From: Antedon mediterranea
Lineage: Eukaryota; Animalia; Echinodermata
Assembly (NCBI RefSeq): GCF_964355755.1
Contig: NC_092671.1
Span: 35,598,304 to 35,662,303 of the forward strand
Direction of reading: 5' to 3'
Length of the DNA stretch: 64,000 bases
Positions 52,663 to 64,000 of the stretch are shown here, in pieces (position 1 is the first letter of the stretch; every line of letters begins with the position of its first letter). A program made the position numbers and the translations under genes. The notes beneath the pieces are model-generated. The model was not told the DNA's origin, searched no databases, and was given only the letters and a program-made list of their open reading frames with translations.

Positions 52663-53391
52663 TTAGTTACTTCGTCATATTCCGTTCGTTCCTTTGTTCA
52701 TTCATTTTTACTCATTCATGAAATCATAATTATTAATTCTTTTCAATCAAAATTTATTATTTGATTCATTAGTTAGCTAATTTATCATTCATAGATTGAT
52801 TCTTGACTGTTGTCTTACATTTATAAGTGATTACTGCGTTGGTAGCGCACACACACGTTCGTTTAAATCAATCATATTGTCGTCACACAGCGTGACATTA
52901 TGGTGGTAGTAGGGCTATTAAAAAAAGAAAGATTGGCAATGTGATACAATATTTGCGACACAATGTATCCGCTCTGTTAACTACAGATTCCGCCGCTTGA
53001 TTACCTTCAGGTAGGTTATGATCAGTCAATGTATGACATTTACACACTTGGAATGTAATGCATCTTTAAGCGCTACTGCGGGTACTTTTCACTTTGACCA
53101 CTGCCAAACGCTACCCGACCAGGTTAAACAATTAACGTATTAGCAACGTGCGCTATTCTAACAATTTAAATTGGCATTCTTTACTTCATATCATGAAGCA
53201 TTTTGAATTGACAAACATATCAAATGGTGAGTTAAATTGTAACCTCTCCTATAAAACTAGGTTATAAATAAATTAACGTGTAAAAATGCATTTTAAATCA
53301 CAATTATTATTAGTTTATTGTTTTGTGTATGCATCATTAATTCCAAAAATAACTGTGCCATGTGCACTTTAACGTATAATAAGATGTTTAA

Positions 53392-53710
53392 AGATATATT
53401 GTCCCCCTAAAAATATATTTTTTCAATTTTGTTAATATGCCATTTTAATGTCATAATAGTTATTCACTTTGACCAAAAACTGGATCGAAAAAAATTTACC
53501 TGTTAAAAATGTAATTGAAAGCAAAAACATACTTAAATTGTCTGTCAGACAGTGGTTATTGGTTAAAATTAAAGGTTGCTTTTCTCTTTTTAAAAGTGAA
53601 AAAAAATTTTTTTTTTACAGAAGTGAATTACTTGATAAAAACTGCAAAATGGCCTATTATAGTCTTATTGTATTAATCATTTCATGTTTTTGGGGAGGAA
53701 CAATACATCT
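53392..53710 (+). mobile_element. Kolobok-like non-autonomous element
   Basis: TTAA|AGATATATTGTCCCC ... GGAACAATACATCT|TTAA. A TTAA target duplication with AG...CT termini fits Kolobok rather than piggyBac (CCY ends). Confidence 0.8.
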
Positions 53711-55028
53711 TTAATTGAAAAATATCTGAAAAATGTTGAAAAAGTTATTGGTGGATATAGGCCTATTTAAAAAAACATATTTATACAAACTGACTGATTA
53801 TTTTAAAAATATGACGTCATAAAATATTTTTTCATTGAGTTTTAACATCATTAATTTCTGAGATTGATATATGTTCTTAATTTGTTTGTAAACATATGGA
53901 ATAACAATGAAGGATTGAGCCGATGTGATTTTCAGGTTAAACATGTGTATTGTATTGTAATAGTTTTGTAGGCTTTATAAGTATTAATTTTAAATAAAGG
54001 CACCCATAAGCGACCTTGTTGGCTGGACCCAATGGTGGTCATTTATATACTGACTGACCTATTAGTATTATCATAATACTGTATTTTGTTACAGGTTAAG
54101 AACGAGTCTATCGTTAGGTACAATATAATTGGTCTTTGGGTAAAACCGAAGGTGTAAATACATCATATAGAAGTGTTGTACAAACAATTAAAACAAAAAA
54201 GCTGTAAAGAAAAAACACGTCACATTGTCTTATTTTTCTTTTCTGGATCTAGCAGTTCGAAAAAAAAAACCAGTCCAAACCTGTCCCATTCTGCAAACCG
54301 GACATTCAAATATTCAAACAAATTTGAAAAGGAATGAAGTAGGCCTATTTTGAAAAAAAAACTAACAATTAGCAGAGCATGGCAACACTAACAACCAATC
54401 CAAATCTCAACCTAAGTTTTCCTTTCTCTGTGTCGGGTATGTCACATTCTTCATTTACAGTACTGGTATTGGTACTGGTTCAAATAACCGTCTCAAAGAG
54501 ACATCTGGTAGCCATTGACTTGAAGTTGGCATTTGGATGTGTTACTTTTAAATGTAGGCCTACAGTATGAGAGTGACTACTACCAAATTACACAGTCACA
54601 AAACAACTTATAAAACAGTTCATATATACAGTTAAAACATTGCTGGGAATTATAAATTTCTGTTGAAACAGTCTCTAATGAAGTTGCATCTAGTAAGTTG
54701 ACTTTGTTGTACAACTCTATCAAGTACTGATGGTATCTTCCGACCTCTTCGTTTACTTTGTGTTGTGTGAAAAGTAAGAATTTTTGTAGGATCTTCATTT
54801 TCTTTTTAGTAGCCTACTCAGCAAAAATTTTCCATTTACATTTTCATTTTACTCATATTAGTCCACAGACTATTTTATTTTACTTTACAATTGGAATTAA
54901 TGGATGTATAAACTGTAATAGCCTTTAATTTTGTGTCATTATTGTTGTGTCTTTCACACCGGTGGTGGCTTTTTATTATCCTATTAATGTTTTATTATAC
55001 TGTATAATATCTTACAGTAAACAATGTA

Positions 55029-55167
55029 CGGTGGCCTCTAAGTGTCACGGTAACTTTTGCAATTTTCTAAAAAAAGCCACGGCAATTTACAAAAAAAGCC
55101 ACGGTAATTTGAAAAAACCCACTTGGCTTTAAAAAAAAATGCCGTGACACTTACATGGAGGCCACCG
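55029..55167. mobile_element. TA-target MITE (Tc1/mariner-like)
   Basis: TA|CGGTGGCCTCTAAGTGTCACGG ... CCGTGACACTTACATGGAGGCCACCG|TA. Confidence 0.85.
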
Positions 55168-55952
55168 TATAAATGTGATTTTTGTTGTCATTCTTTTCTT
55201 ATTTATTTTTCTTTATTTTTAATTATTCAATTTTCTGCCATATACAATACAAAGAAGACAAAACAATTATAAAAGGGGGCAAGGAAAGACCAAACATGTG
55301 CTAAACACCTATGCTAGTTGGTCAACCCAGAACATACAGAGCACAGAGAGAAAGAGATAAATAATATTACGTTCTACAATTAAAGCATCTACAAGAAAGC
55401 GACCAACTACACACATTTTCAATATCAAAATTATTTAAAAAGTAAATATTGAGATAATTTAATAATTTGGTTTTAATAGAACTAACAGAAATATCATAAG
55501 TTCATACCAGAAATTGTTGTATCTGATACTCACGTCCTCCAAGATTTTACGGAGTCCGCTCACGGCAAAACAATTTCTCGTATACGTACATTGAAGAATT
55601 ACAGTCGTATGAACATAAAATGCGGGAAACTTGTTGGATACTTGATAAACGAACGATATTAAATCAAACCTTTTACGGTGACATTTGAAAATGTCAGCAG
55701 TTGATTACCTAAGCTCTTAAGATCGTTAAAGTTAAAGCACATGTAATCACTAAAATGTATTTAACAGACCGTTAAAACTTTCACTGCTGTAATGTTCCTA
55801 TTTCCTACGTCGATGCATTTTTGTTTGTTTGATTCACTGTTTAACCATGGAGGTATAAAAATAGATCGTCTGGTTTGTATTGTATGACGCTATTATAGTA
55901 TAGGCCTAACAGGTATAAAAAGACTTTGGTCTTTGAATTGAATACCTGAGTT

Positions 55953-56189
55953 CTTCTGTCTACACTAGTTTGACAAATGTGTGATGTGACTAAATATGGT
56001 AGATGTAATATGTTTTTTGGTTGTATATTTCTTATGGATACACCTTCCATTTGGTCGAGTGCCACTGTTGTAAAAGTGTAATCTCCAAATAAATTATTAT
56101 TATTATGCTCAAATATAGTAGTGATATGACATCATGTCTGTATATGGGCACATCACATTCACATAAAGTTTGGTAGTGTAGACAGAGCT
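55953..56189. mobile_element. MITE family A interrupted by an approximately 93-bp retroposon-tail-like insert (about 56013-56105)
   Basis: Family A sequence flanks a segment ending CCAAATAAATTATTATTATT. Confidence 0.75.
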
Positions 56190-56518
56190 TTACAGTTATT
56201 AATCAAATAAACAAACTTTATATCGAATTATTACGGAACCGGTGCATGGAGACAGCAAGCGCCATGGCTCAGTTCCTCGTTAGAGCCTTTTTTTGAAGGG
56301 CGTGGGTTCAGGAGAACAATAAAAAAAAAACGCCAGCTCGGAGAGAAGATAGCACCACCAGTAGAGATATGGCTTATGCCTGTGTATGGTATCATGATGA
56401 ATACTACTATATCTCATCTGCTACGCCCATACGATCCTCTAGAACAACTAGGACTAGATTTCGGATAATGATATAAGAGCGACAAAAATAGGAGTATATT
56501 CATTATAATATATGTAAA

Positions 56519-56591
56519 GCCCGGTTAGCTCAGTCGGTAGAGCATGAGACTCTTAATCTCAGGGTCGTGGGTTCGAGCCCCACATTAGGCG
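56519..56591 (+). tRNA. trnK-CUU: tRNA-Lys(CTT), copy 1 (C4:A69 acceptor mismatch)
   Basis: Matches the conserved metazoan tRNA-Lys-CTT sequence: anticodon loop CTCTTAA, intact A and B boxes, and a downstream TTTT. Confidence 0.9.
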
Positions 56592-56669
56592 CATTTTCTT
56601 TTATAAATTTAGTCTATAATTTCTTTATATTCGACAAAATTTACGCCGAACCCAGGAGCCTTTAACAAA

Positions 56670-56742
56670 GCCCGGTTAGCTCAGTCGGTAGAGCATGAGA
56701 CTCTTAATCTCAGGGTCGTGGGTTCGAGCCCCACATTGGGCG
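56670..56742 (+). tRNA. trnK-CUU: tRNA-Lys(CTT), copy 2 (fully paired)
   Basis: GCCCGGT/ATTGGGC acceptor stem with a T7:A66 pair, followed by a T9 Pol III terminator. Confidence 0.97.
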
Positions 56743-56820
56743 AACTTTTTTTTATAAATTTAGTCTATAATTTCTTTATATTCGACAAAATTTACGCCGA
56801 ACCCAGCAGCCTTCAACAAA

Positions 56821-56893
56821 GCCCGGTTAGCTCAGTCGGTAGAGCATGAGACTCTTAATCTCAGGGTCGTGGGTTCGAGCCCCACCTTGGGCG
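56821..56893 (+). tRNA. trnK-CUU: tRNA-Lys(CTT), copy 3 (T7:C66 mismatch)
   Basis: Same body as copies 1 and 2, with a T-run terminator after it. Confidence 0.9.
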
Positions 56894-57134
56894 AACTTTT
56901 TTAAACAATAAATTTAGTCTATAATTTCTTTATATTCGACACAAGTTACGCCGAACATAGGATCGTTCACAAATCTTTTTGGACACGTTGATGATGTATG
57001 TCTTTATTTCTATTTCATGTAGACCTGCTGCATATAAATTCAACAGAATCTACGTAAGAAATTGTGACAAATATGTAGCCCGTATAATCACACATTGAAG
57101 GAAAAACTTTTTTTTAATGTTCATAATTCTCTAA

Positions 57135-57268
57135 GGCCGTGTTTCCGAAGCCAAAAATTAAACGATAAAACTTCCTGGGGAAACGGGGTTTTACCGTTTT
57201 CGCTCGAGAAAAATTAAACATTCAAATCAGATAATTATCGGTAATTTTTTGGCTGCGGAAACACAGCC
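57135..57268. mobile_element. Harbinger-type MITE
   Basis: TAA|GGCCGTGTTTCCGAAGCCAAAAATTA ... TAATTTTTTGGCTGCGGAAACACAGCC|TAT. Confidence 0.8.
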
Positions 57269-57681
57269 TATTTTAAGTCAATACCACACATATCTCATTT
57301 AAATGTAATGGTTAATACAGCCACGTGAGCATAGACGATTTTGTTGTCAGTGGTGTAGTTTTGCACAACTTAATTTTATTGTTAATAATACACAAAAGTG
57401 TGTCAATTTGTAGCTTGATTAAATGGTACGCACACATTTTGAAAGTCACTGGGACCTGACTTGTTTGCCAAGGGTCTTAATATAGGTTATCTGAGTAAAC
57501 AAACACATATCGAATAACCGTCAATGAAAGACAAAATATATGTACGACGGTACCATATTACATTCGAGTTTTCTCAATGTTCAATGGTCTCGTTTGAAAG
57601 TGGCTGTGTCCCTTGGGACTGGGGGAAACTAAAAATAAATTGTACGAAAACAGAAAACTGTCAAAAAATGTATTTACATGA

Positions 57682-57834
57682 AGCTCTGTCTACACTGTCA
57701 AATTAGTTTGACAAAAAAAGTGTGATGTGCCCAAATATGTTAGTGACATGCTTAAATATGGTAGTGATATGACATCATGTCCTGGACACACCAAGTTTTT
57801 TTGTCCCATAAAATGTGATAGTGTAGACAGGGCT
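57682..57834. mobile_element. MITE family A
   Basis: AGCTCTGTCTACACTGTCAAA...GATAGTGTAGACAGGGCT|TTA. Confidence 0.85.
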
Positions 57835-59824
57835 TTACTCTTTAAATTATTAATCGACGACTGAATATAGACCGTGAAACACTGTTGAATAATAATTCGT
57901 CCGGTCCTGCCCGTTAAATTTAGATATTTATTGCCTTTAATTATAAAATGTATAATTCATGTTTAGCGTATTGCATAATAAAGGAATTAGTTTCTATGGC
58001 GCAAGCTATATACTTCGTTTTACGGGCAAATGGAAGCATATCATGTGTTTTGACGAATTACATTGAACGTCGACTCGTTGGATGGATATGAACAATATTT
58101 TGGTTGAATTACGACATAAAGTAAAAGTAAATCTCTTCAGATTTAATAAAAGAAGCTTAGTAAGAAGCAGAGTATTTTTATTCAACGTGTTGATGTTTTC
58201 ACTATTAAATTAAATGTCGTTTTTGACGTCTTGGCCTATATATCACAGATTATTATAATTAAATGTATTGTTTACATAAGCTTTCATTGTCTCCTTAATT
58301 ATCTCTTGTAAATCCATATTACAATACTTTACTTACTATAGACGTACATTTACGTTATGTTTTCGACCAGTACGTAAGTTAGCTATCCCCTTTGACTTAT
58401 ACATTACATAATTAGGTCATTCAAACGTTATTAGAAATAGAAATTTCATGTTGGAAAACGGTATATCATTTAGCATATAAAATTCCAGTATTAAAAAGAA
58501 TTTGAATTTGTTTAATCCAGATTTTTTCTTTTTTGCATTCGTATTTAATGTTATATTTTGGGCTGGGTCAAACTTAAAGTCTTTCTGACTTATATGACTC
58601 TCCCCCACATGATTACTTCATTGAATTTATTATCCCATAGGTTGTTATTATATTGAGGAAATAAATTAAATTAAATTTGAAATTTACACACCATTAGGCC
58701 TAGACTATTTAATATATTTTGTTTTATATCCGTCTGAATCTTTTTATGAGAATATTAACATTTGTTTTGGAAGTTAATCAAAATATGGAGTTATACAACA
58801 AGGACAATGTACAACATGGCAACAGAAAGAAAGATATTGACAAGATCGATTCAATTTCTGTTTCATATTATATGATACGGACTTCTAAAATGTGAAATGG
58901 CGAATTAGAAGGAAACTGTAGACTTTCCCCAAGTCTGTAGTTATTCCGAGGCTTTTTACGAGCTCAAGTAGTTTAAGTATGAAACGCCATATGTGCCAAA
59001 ATATTTGTCTTTTTACTAATAATTATTGTCAAAACTCCGTCTAAAACTTAAAGAAATTGTAATGTTTAAATGCCATAAGCACCAGAATGCACATGTTCAT
59101 CGCTATTATCAAAATAGTGGGACAATGTTACAATTTAGATATAATTATATAGGCCAAATTTACAATTTTATTACCGTGCTGATCCGTGATTTCGAAAACA
59201 CCGTAATTCACAAATAATCAAGGGTTTAGGTTTTCACTCTCAGGAAATTGAATGTTACAATATTGGTAATAAGGTTTTCATACTTCTAAGTCAATATAAA
59301 TAAATGTCTTATACATTTCCAGAAATTGTAGACCTATTTAAAGACGTGTATAAGTTTCATTGGAATTCTGCCTGCGAGGTTTTGTCGTTTGATGAAAATA
59401 GTTTGAAATTCAAGAACTTGTGTCACCGCCTAAGAGAAACTGTATACAAGCGTACACTCTGACTTTGTTGTATGTTGTATGTATTTGGCATTGAATAACT
59501 ACCGGTGACGTTTGCTTAAAGGCATATTGTGTGGATTTTTAAACGCTATAAATAATTATATTTAAGACGAGACGGCTAAGGTTTTATGCATAGTATTCTA
59601 AGCCTAATAGCAGCATAAAATAGATGAGACAAAAATCTTAACATAATTTTCAACTTTGTTGCAACGCATCTAGTTTTTTATGCTATACAGTACTTTACAA
59701 TTTGATGATTTGTTTGTAAATATCTTAGGCTAAGCAAACGAACAGTTTCGTTGGGCTTCGTTTGATTTAATATACACAGTAAATATTAAAAAATTATTGA
59801 AAATTGGTATTCATCATCTAATAA

Positions 59825-59832
59825 TGACGTCA
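59825..59832. promoter_or_regulatory. CRE palindrome TGACGTCA about 35 bp upstream of the ZRANB3 ATG
   Basis: Exact CREB/ATF consensus next to the first coding exon. Function is inferred. Confidence 0.35.
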
Positions 59833-59867
59833 TGGTTTTCAAGATAGAGGGTGTAGTTTAGTTCACA

Positions 59868-59977
59868 ATGGTGGCGGCAACATCGAGTGGCCTAGAACAA
59901 CTACCAAAGCAATTATATGATAAATTATTCGATTTTCAAAAAGAAGGTGTATTATTCGCCTTAAAAAATAATGGACG
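59868..59977 (+). CDS. ZRANB3: ZRANB3 (SNF2-family annealing helicase/endonuclease), coding exon 1
   Basis: Translates MVAATSSGLEQLPKQLYDKLFDFQKEGVLFALKNNGR, matching the recalled ZRANB3 segment LDFLPDRLRAKLLPFQKDGIIFALKRNGR. Donor CG|GTAGGT. The helicase domain right at the N-terminus favours ZRANB3 over SMARCAL1. It is too short to appear in the ORF track. Confidence 0.88.
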
Positions 59978-60396
59978 GTAGGTATAGATTGATGATATAT
60001 ATTTTAGAATATATTTTACGATATGTTTTTTCAAGGAACATTTGTTTTCACTGATGTAAGCTAGGCCTAGATATGTAGGCTATTCTCTTGAATTTGACAA
60101 CAAACGTAGCCTGGAGGGAGACGTCATTCCGCTGTTGATAATGTAATATAATGGGTACCTTGGAATACTAATTTTCTTCATATCCTATTCGCGGAGAGAA
60201 CAATTGATATGAGTTGATTATATAGTTTGAAGTGCAAGTCATGAGTCATTTTTTATTATTTAGCATCATTCAAGTAATAAAATTAAATAAAGGGAATTTA
60301 ATTAATTAAATTGTCTTAAATGGAAAATGGTTGACAGCAATTTGACAGTTTGTTTATACACTGTGTTGTTCCTTTTCTGTATGTTGTATCTTTCAG

Positions 60397-60415
60397 GTGT
60401 CTTATTGGAGATGAG
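60397..60415 (+). CDS. ZRANB3: ZRANB3 coding exon 2 (19-nt microexon)
   Basis: TCTTTCAG|G TGT CTT ATT GGA GAT GAG|GTAAAT. Its phase matches exon 1 and gives R-CLIGDE, the lead-in to Walker A (DEMGLGKT). Confidence 0.88.
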
Positions 60416-60625
60416 GTAAATATACAGCTTATGTTCATACAATAATTAAGCAATTAAACATTTCAAAAGCATTTACTCCATGTTCAAACCAACACTAAAT
60501 CAAACACTTAAAAATGTTGTCACTTCCGAACTGTGCTAAGTGAATAATATACATGCACATTTTATAACTCATTAAAATATATTTACATAAATAGCATACC
60601 TTAACTAACCTTAGTTACTATCTTT

Positions 60626-60924
60626 GAGTGAGTGAGTGGCCGAGCGTAGCCATAACATCGGCAGGGGTTCGAGGCTCACTCACTCCATGGTTCTGGTGGT
60701 AGAACGAGTCTTCTCGGATAAGGACTATAAACCGTAGGTCCAGTGTACACATCTAGCTCGTGTGCACTTTAAAGAACCTAGTACATCTTTCGAGACGAGT
60801 AGGGGGTTACCCCGGTGTATTAGTGCATCACAGCCACTGATCACCAACTGGGCCCTCTGGGAGACCAGTCTTTGACTGAAGAGGTTACCCAGTATAAATA
60901 TAAATTTCAATCAATCAATCAATC
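60626..60924 (+). mobile_element. tRNA-derived SINE with a Deu/Nin-type central domain, in ZRANB3 intron 2
   Basis: A-box TGGCCGAGCG and B-box GGTTCGAGGC. The core GTCTTCTCGGATAAGGACTATAAACCGTAGGTCC...TAAAGAACCTAGTACATCTTTCGAGACGAGTAGGGGGTTACCCCGGTGT resembles the AmnSINE1/DeuSINE domain. (CAAT)n tail. Confidence 0.85.
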
Positions 60925-61467
60925 TAGGCTCCGTTGTCAACATCAGAGATGAGCGTTCACTTGAAAGTACAGTAGTAAGACTCTGCAACCTCATATGTTG
61001 ACATAAATTTTAATCCATTCTAATCAGACTAGGCCTAGATATGATTGCATACTACAATATTCTAATAAAAATGATTTTATCAAACATGTATAAAACCAGT
61101 AATAGTTTGCTTGATAGGTTTTTTTTCCATAAATTTGTCAGGCCTAATAATATATTTTTTTGAGGTGAGCGTGTAAGCTTATTAGATTATGTTGCAGTTG
61201 TGATAAAATTTGGCCTATACATTTCAGTTGCTTGCAAGAAGGATTGTTGTAATTATGTATGTGGTTTAAATGTGTTTGTTATTCGATATCCAGTCTTGAT
61301 AATACATGATTGTTTGGTGTCCTAGCAAAGAATTTAGACTTGAAAAAACATCTTTAATTATCTAAACATTAAATCTCATGGACAGGTACTGTAATTTGAG
61401 TATGCAGTAAGTACAATGTTAAGTCAGTATATTAACCAGTACGACAGTGGATTGAATACAATACTTT

Positions 61468-62318
61468 ATATGGATCAGTGTTTCCCTTATATGGGGATCG
61501 GTTTTTCCTTTATATGGATCAATATTTCCCTTATATGGATCTATATTTCCCTTATATGATAATTGTTTTTCTTATATGGATCGGTAATTACTATGGATCA
61601 GTGTTTTTCTTATATGGATCAGTGTTTCCTTTATATGGATCGGTGTTTCCCTTATATGGATCCGTGTTCCCTTATATGGATCCGTGTTCCCTTATATGGA
61701 TCCGTGTTTCCTTATATGGATCAGTATTTCCCTTATATGGATCAGTATTTCCTTTATATGGATCGGTGTTTCACTTATATGGATCCGTGTTCCCTTATAT
61801 GGATTGGTGTTTCCCTTTATGTTTTTTATATGGATCAGTGTTTCCTTTATTTGGACCAGTTTTTTCTTTATATGTATCAGTGTTTTCCTTATATGGATCA
61901 GTGTTTCCCTTATATGGATTGGTGATTACCTTATGGATTAGTGTTTTCCTTATATGGATCAGTGTTTCCTTTATTTGGATCAGTTTTTTCTTTATATGTA
62001 TCAGTGTTTTCCTTATATGGATCAGTGTTTCCCTTATATGGATTGGTGATTACCTTATGGATTAGTGTTTTCCTTATATGGATCAGTGTTTCCTTTGTAT
62101 GGATCAGTGTTTCCCTTGTATGGGTCAGTGTTTCCTTTGTATGGATCAGTGTTTCCTTTGTATGGATCAGTGTTTCCTTTGTATGGATCAGTGTTTCCTT
62201 TGTATGGATCAGTGTTTCCTTTGTATGGATCAGTGTTTCCTTTGTATGGATCAGTGTTTCCTTTGTATGGATCAGTTTTTCCTTTGTATGGATCAGTATT
62301 TCCTTTATATGGATCAGT
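61468..62318. repeat. Minisatellite of about 21 bp (TATGGATCAGTGTTTCCTTT(G/A))n, roughly 40 units, in ZRANB3 intron 2
   Basis: Units of 20-21 bp, diverged at the 5' side and homogeneous at the 3' side. Confidence 0.95.
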
Positions 62319-64000
62319 TATTGGGTTTACTCATTGTTACCTGTAAAACAAAAATATGATATTAAATGACTTTGAATTGAACAGGTATCAATTTCAAAAT
62401 AAATGGAATAAATGGATATTTGAAAACTGCCAGTGAAAAAAATGTTCATTTTCTAGTTCAATCTTGTAATGCGAGAACTTTATTCTTTTTGTTATAAATA
62501 AATGTATCATTTTCACAGTATTTGGTTTCATTTATTCTATCTTTAATACTATCTTATTATTTGTAAAGTGCATTTAAATTTTGAGATATTTTATTAATAT
62601 TTAAGTGACACTTTTACACTAAAAATGAAGATTTGTAATATTTGTGGATATTAAAAAAAAAACTGTATTAACAAAATATGCAGTAGATAAATAAATATTA
62701 ATGCTAGAATAAAAATCGTTTTAAAATATCAAATTTCATAACCAAGAAGATAAGTGTATACATTTCAGAGAAATAATCAGTTGCTACTGTAATTCATAAA
62801 TATTAAGAATAAATATTGTAAAAAGGAGCAAAATTATCATTACATACGTACTGTACAGTAAAATTTAGCACCCATATAACTAAAATTAACTATAAAGCAG
62901 TTTTTTAAAAATTGTTTATTATATGCTGTTTTTTAATCTGGTTTACTTGTATTGTACGTGATTGGATGTTAGTATTTCCGTAAGACTATTATGCATTGGT
63001 ATTAATGTTTAGATGCTGTTTTACCAATCTTGTTGAAGGCATGGTTCTGAATTGATTTATTAAAAGGCATGGACAAAAAAAAATTTATCACTTATCGCAT
63101 AAAGGTGCTCAGAATTTGTTAATAGGATGATAAAAATACAATTCCGCACACGATCAAGCAGCTTTAGAGAAAAAGTCTTTTAAAGTATCCATTTAGACAA
63201 GTGCTGGAATTTAGCGATAAAGACGAGAATGATAGTGTCATTGGCAATTAAATTTGACATTTCTTGACATGCTTGTTAAAAGAAACACTTCATGATTTAG
63301 TTGCTTATTCATCACTGACATATCATTCGTTTGATTAATTTGATTTCTGCAATTTTTTGACTGAAATATGTTACTCTATCAGCCAACTGTGAAACACGAA
63401 GATGGTGTGAAAGATGTTGATAATTGGTAAAAATGGAGAGTAATTGTTGAAGGCGTAAGTGGCTGTAAAACTACTATTAAGACCAAATAGTGACTGAATG
63501 TTGTGGTATAATGATAATTTCAAGTGTTAGTTGTGTCATTGTTTTTCAGATATACAATAAGTCACGTCATACGTATGTGCTATATATCGTTAGTGAAACC
63601 ATGAAACAAATAAAGTGAAATAAGATATCCCTCAAAATGTACGCTGGTTTAAAATGGAAAAGCGGTAAGTTTGAAAACCGCAAGGGAGCATTGCATTAAT
63701 ACAATTTTGTGTTAAAATTATTATAGAAATATAAAATTTATTGTCATGAACTAAATAATGCATGACATAAATGTTATTGTCATTTATTTTATTGATAAAT
63801 TTGCAAATGATGCTAGCCCAGGTGTGGCATGTGAAGTCAATTGATTGCGTGGCGAAAATGTTACGGTAATTCATTGGCGGAATAAGATAAAAATAGAGCT
63901 GGTCTAGGATCGTATTACATTTTTAGCAAAATGTAATTTTCATACTCATATGTTTTCTGTTTTTTGCTCAGATGGTGGAAAATGATAAAATAGAAATATC

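Noticed and set aside
56259-56312. A fourth tRNA upstream of the Lys array
   Set aside because: Only A-box- and B-box-like fragments (TGGCTCAGTT, GGGTTCAGG) are present, with no anticodon arm or acceptor pairing.
61478-62369. Overlapping ORFs with (GSVFPLY)n / (MDQCFLC)n repeats
   Set aside because: A 21-bp minisatellite read in all frames, with frameshifting 20-bp units, inside a ZRANB3 intron.
62849-62860. TAC(A/T)GTA as Tc1/mariner excision footprints across the window
   Set aside because: Frequent, but by rough estimate only about twice the expectation from base composition, and I found no with/without comparison in a repeat copy.
63972-64000. Acceptor-like TTTTTGCTCAG|ATG as ZRANB3 exon 3
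   Set aside because: It translates MVENDKIEI, not the required MGLGKT. It may be another exon but cannot be supported here.

Overview
AT-rich eukaryotic genomic DNA, almost certainly an invertebrate. The Deu/Nin-type SINE and the repeat landscape suggest a deuterostome such as an echinoderm (inference). Two protein-coding genes are supported: a single-coding-exon rhodopsin-class peptide GPCR of the TRH-/ETH-/ghrelin-receptor group (45415-46545, +), and the first two coding exons of ZRANB3 (59868-59977 and a 19-nt microexon at 60397-60415, +), which continues past the window. A 151-bp-period array of three tRNA-Lys(CTT) genes lies at 56519-56893. The rest is intergenic or intronic and rich in non-autonomous transposons: PIF/Harbinger MITEs, Kolobok-type TTAA elements, TA-target MITEs, a CACTG-ended foldback family, Helentron/DINE-1-like elements, SINEs and LINE tails, plus mini- and microsatellites. 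Nearly all other ORFs in the track are repeat artefacts. The most unusual signals are: (i) about 30 copies of the palindrome TAGGCCTA, shown at four sites to be a 6-bp addition at a TA relative to sister repeat copies, probably an excision scar of an unidentified transposon; (ii) two related minimal hammerhead ribozyme motifs of the Penelope type; (iii) a small tRNA-carrying element with Penelope-like inverted/direct repeat geometry. No prokaryotic system (CRISPR, operon) is present. All counts and alignments were done by eye.
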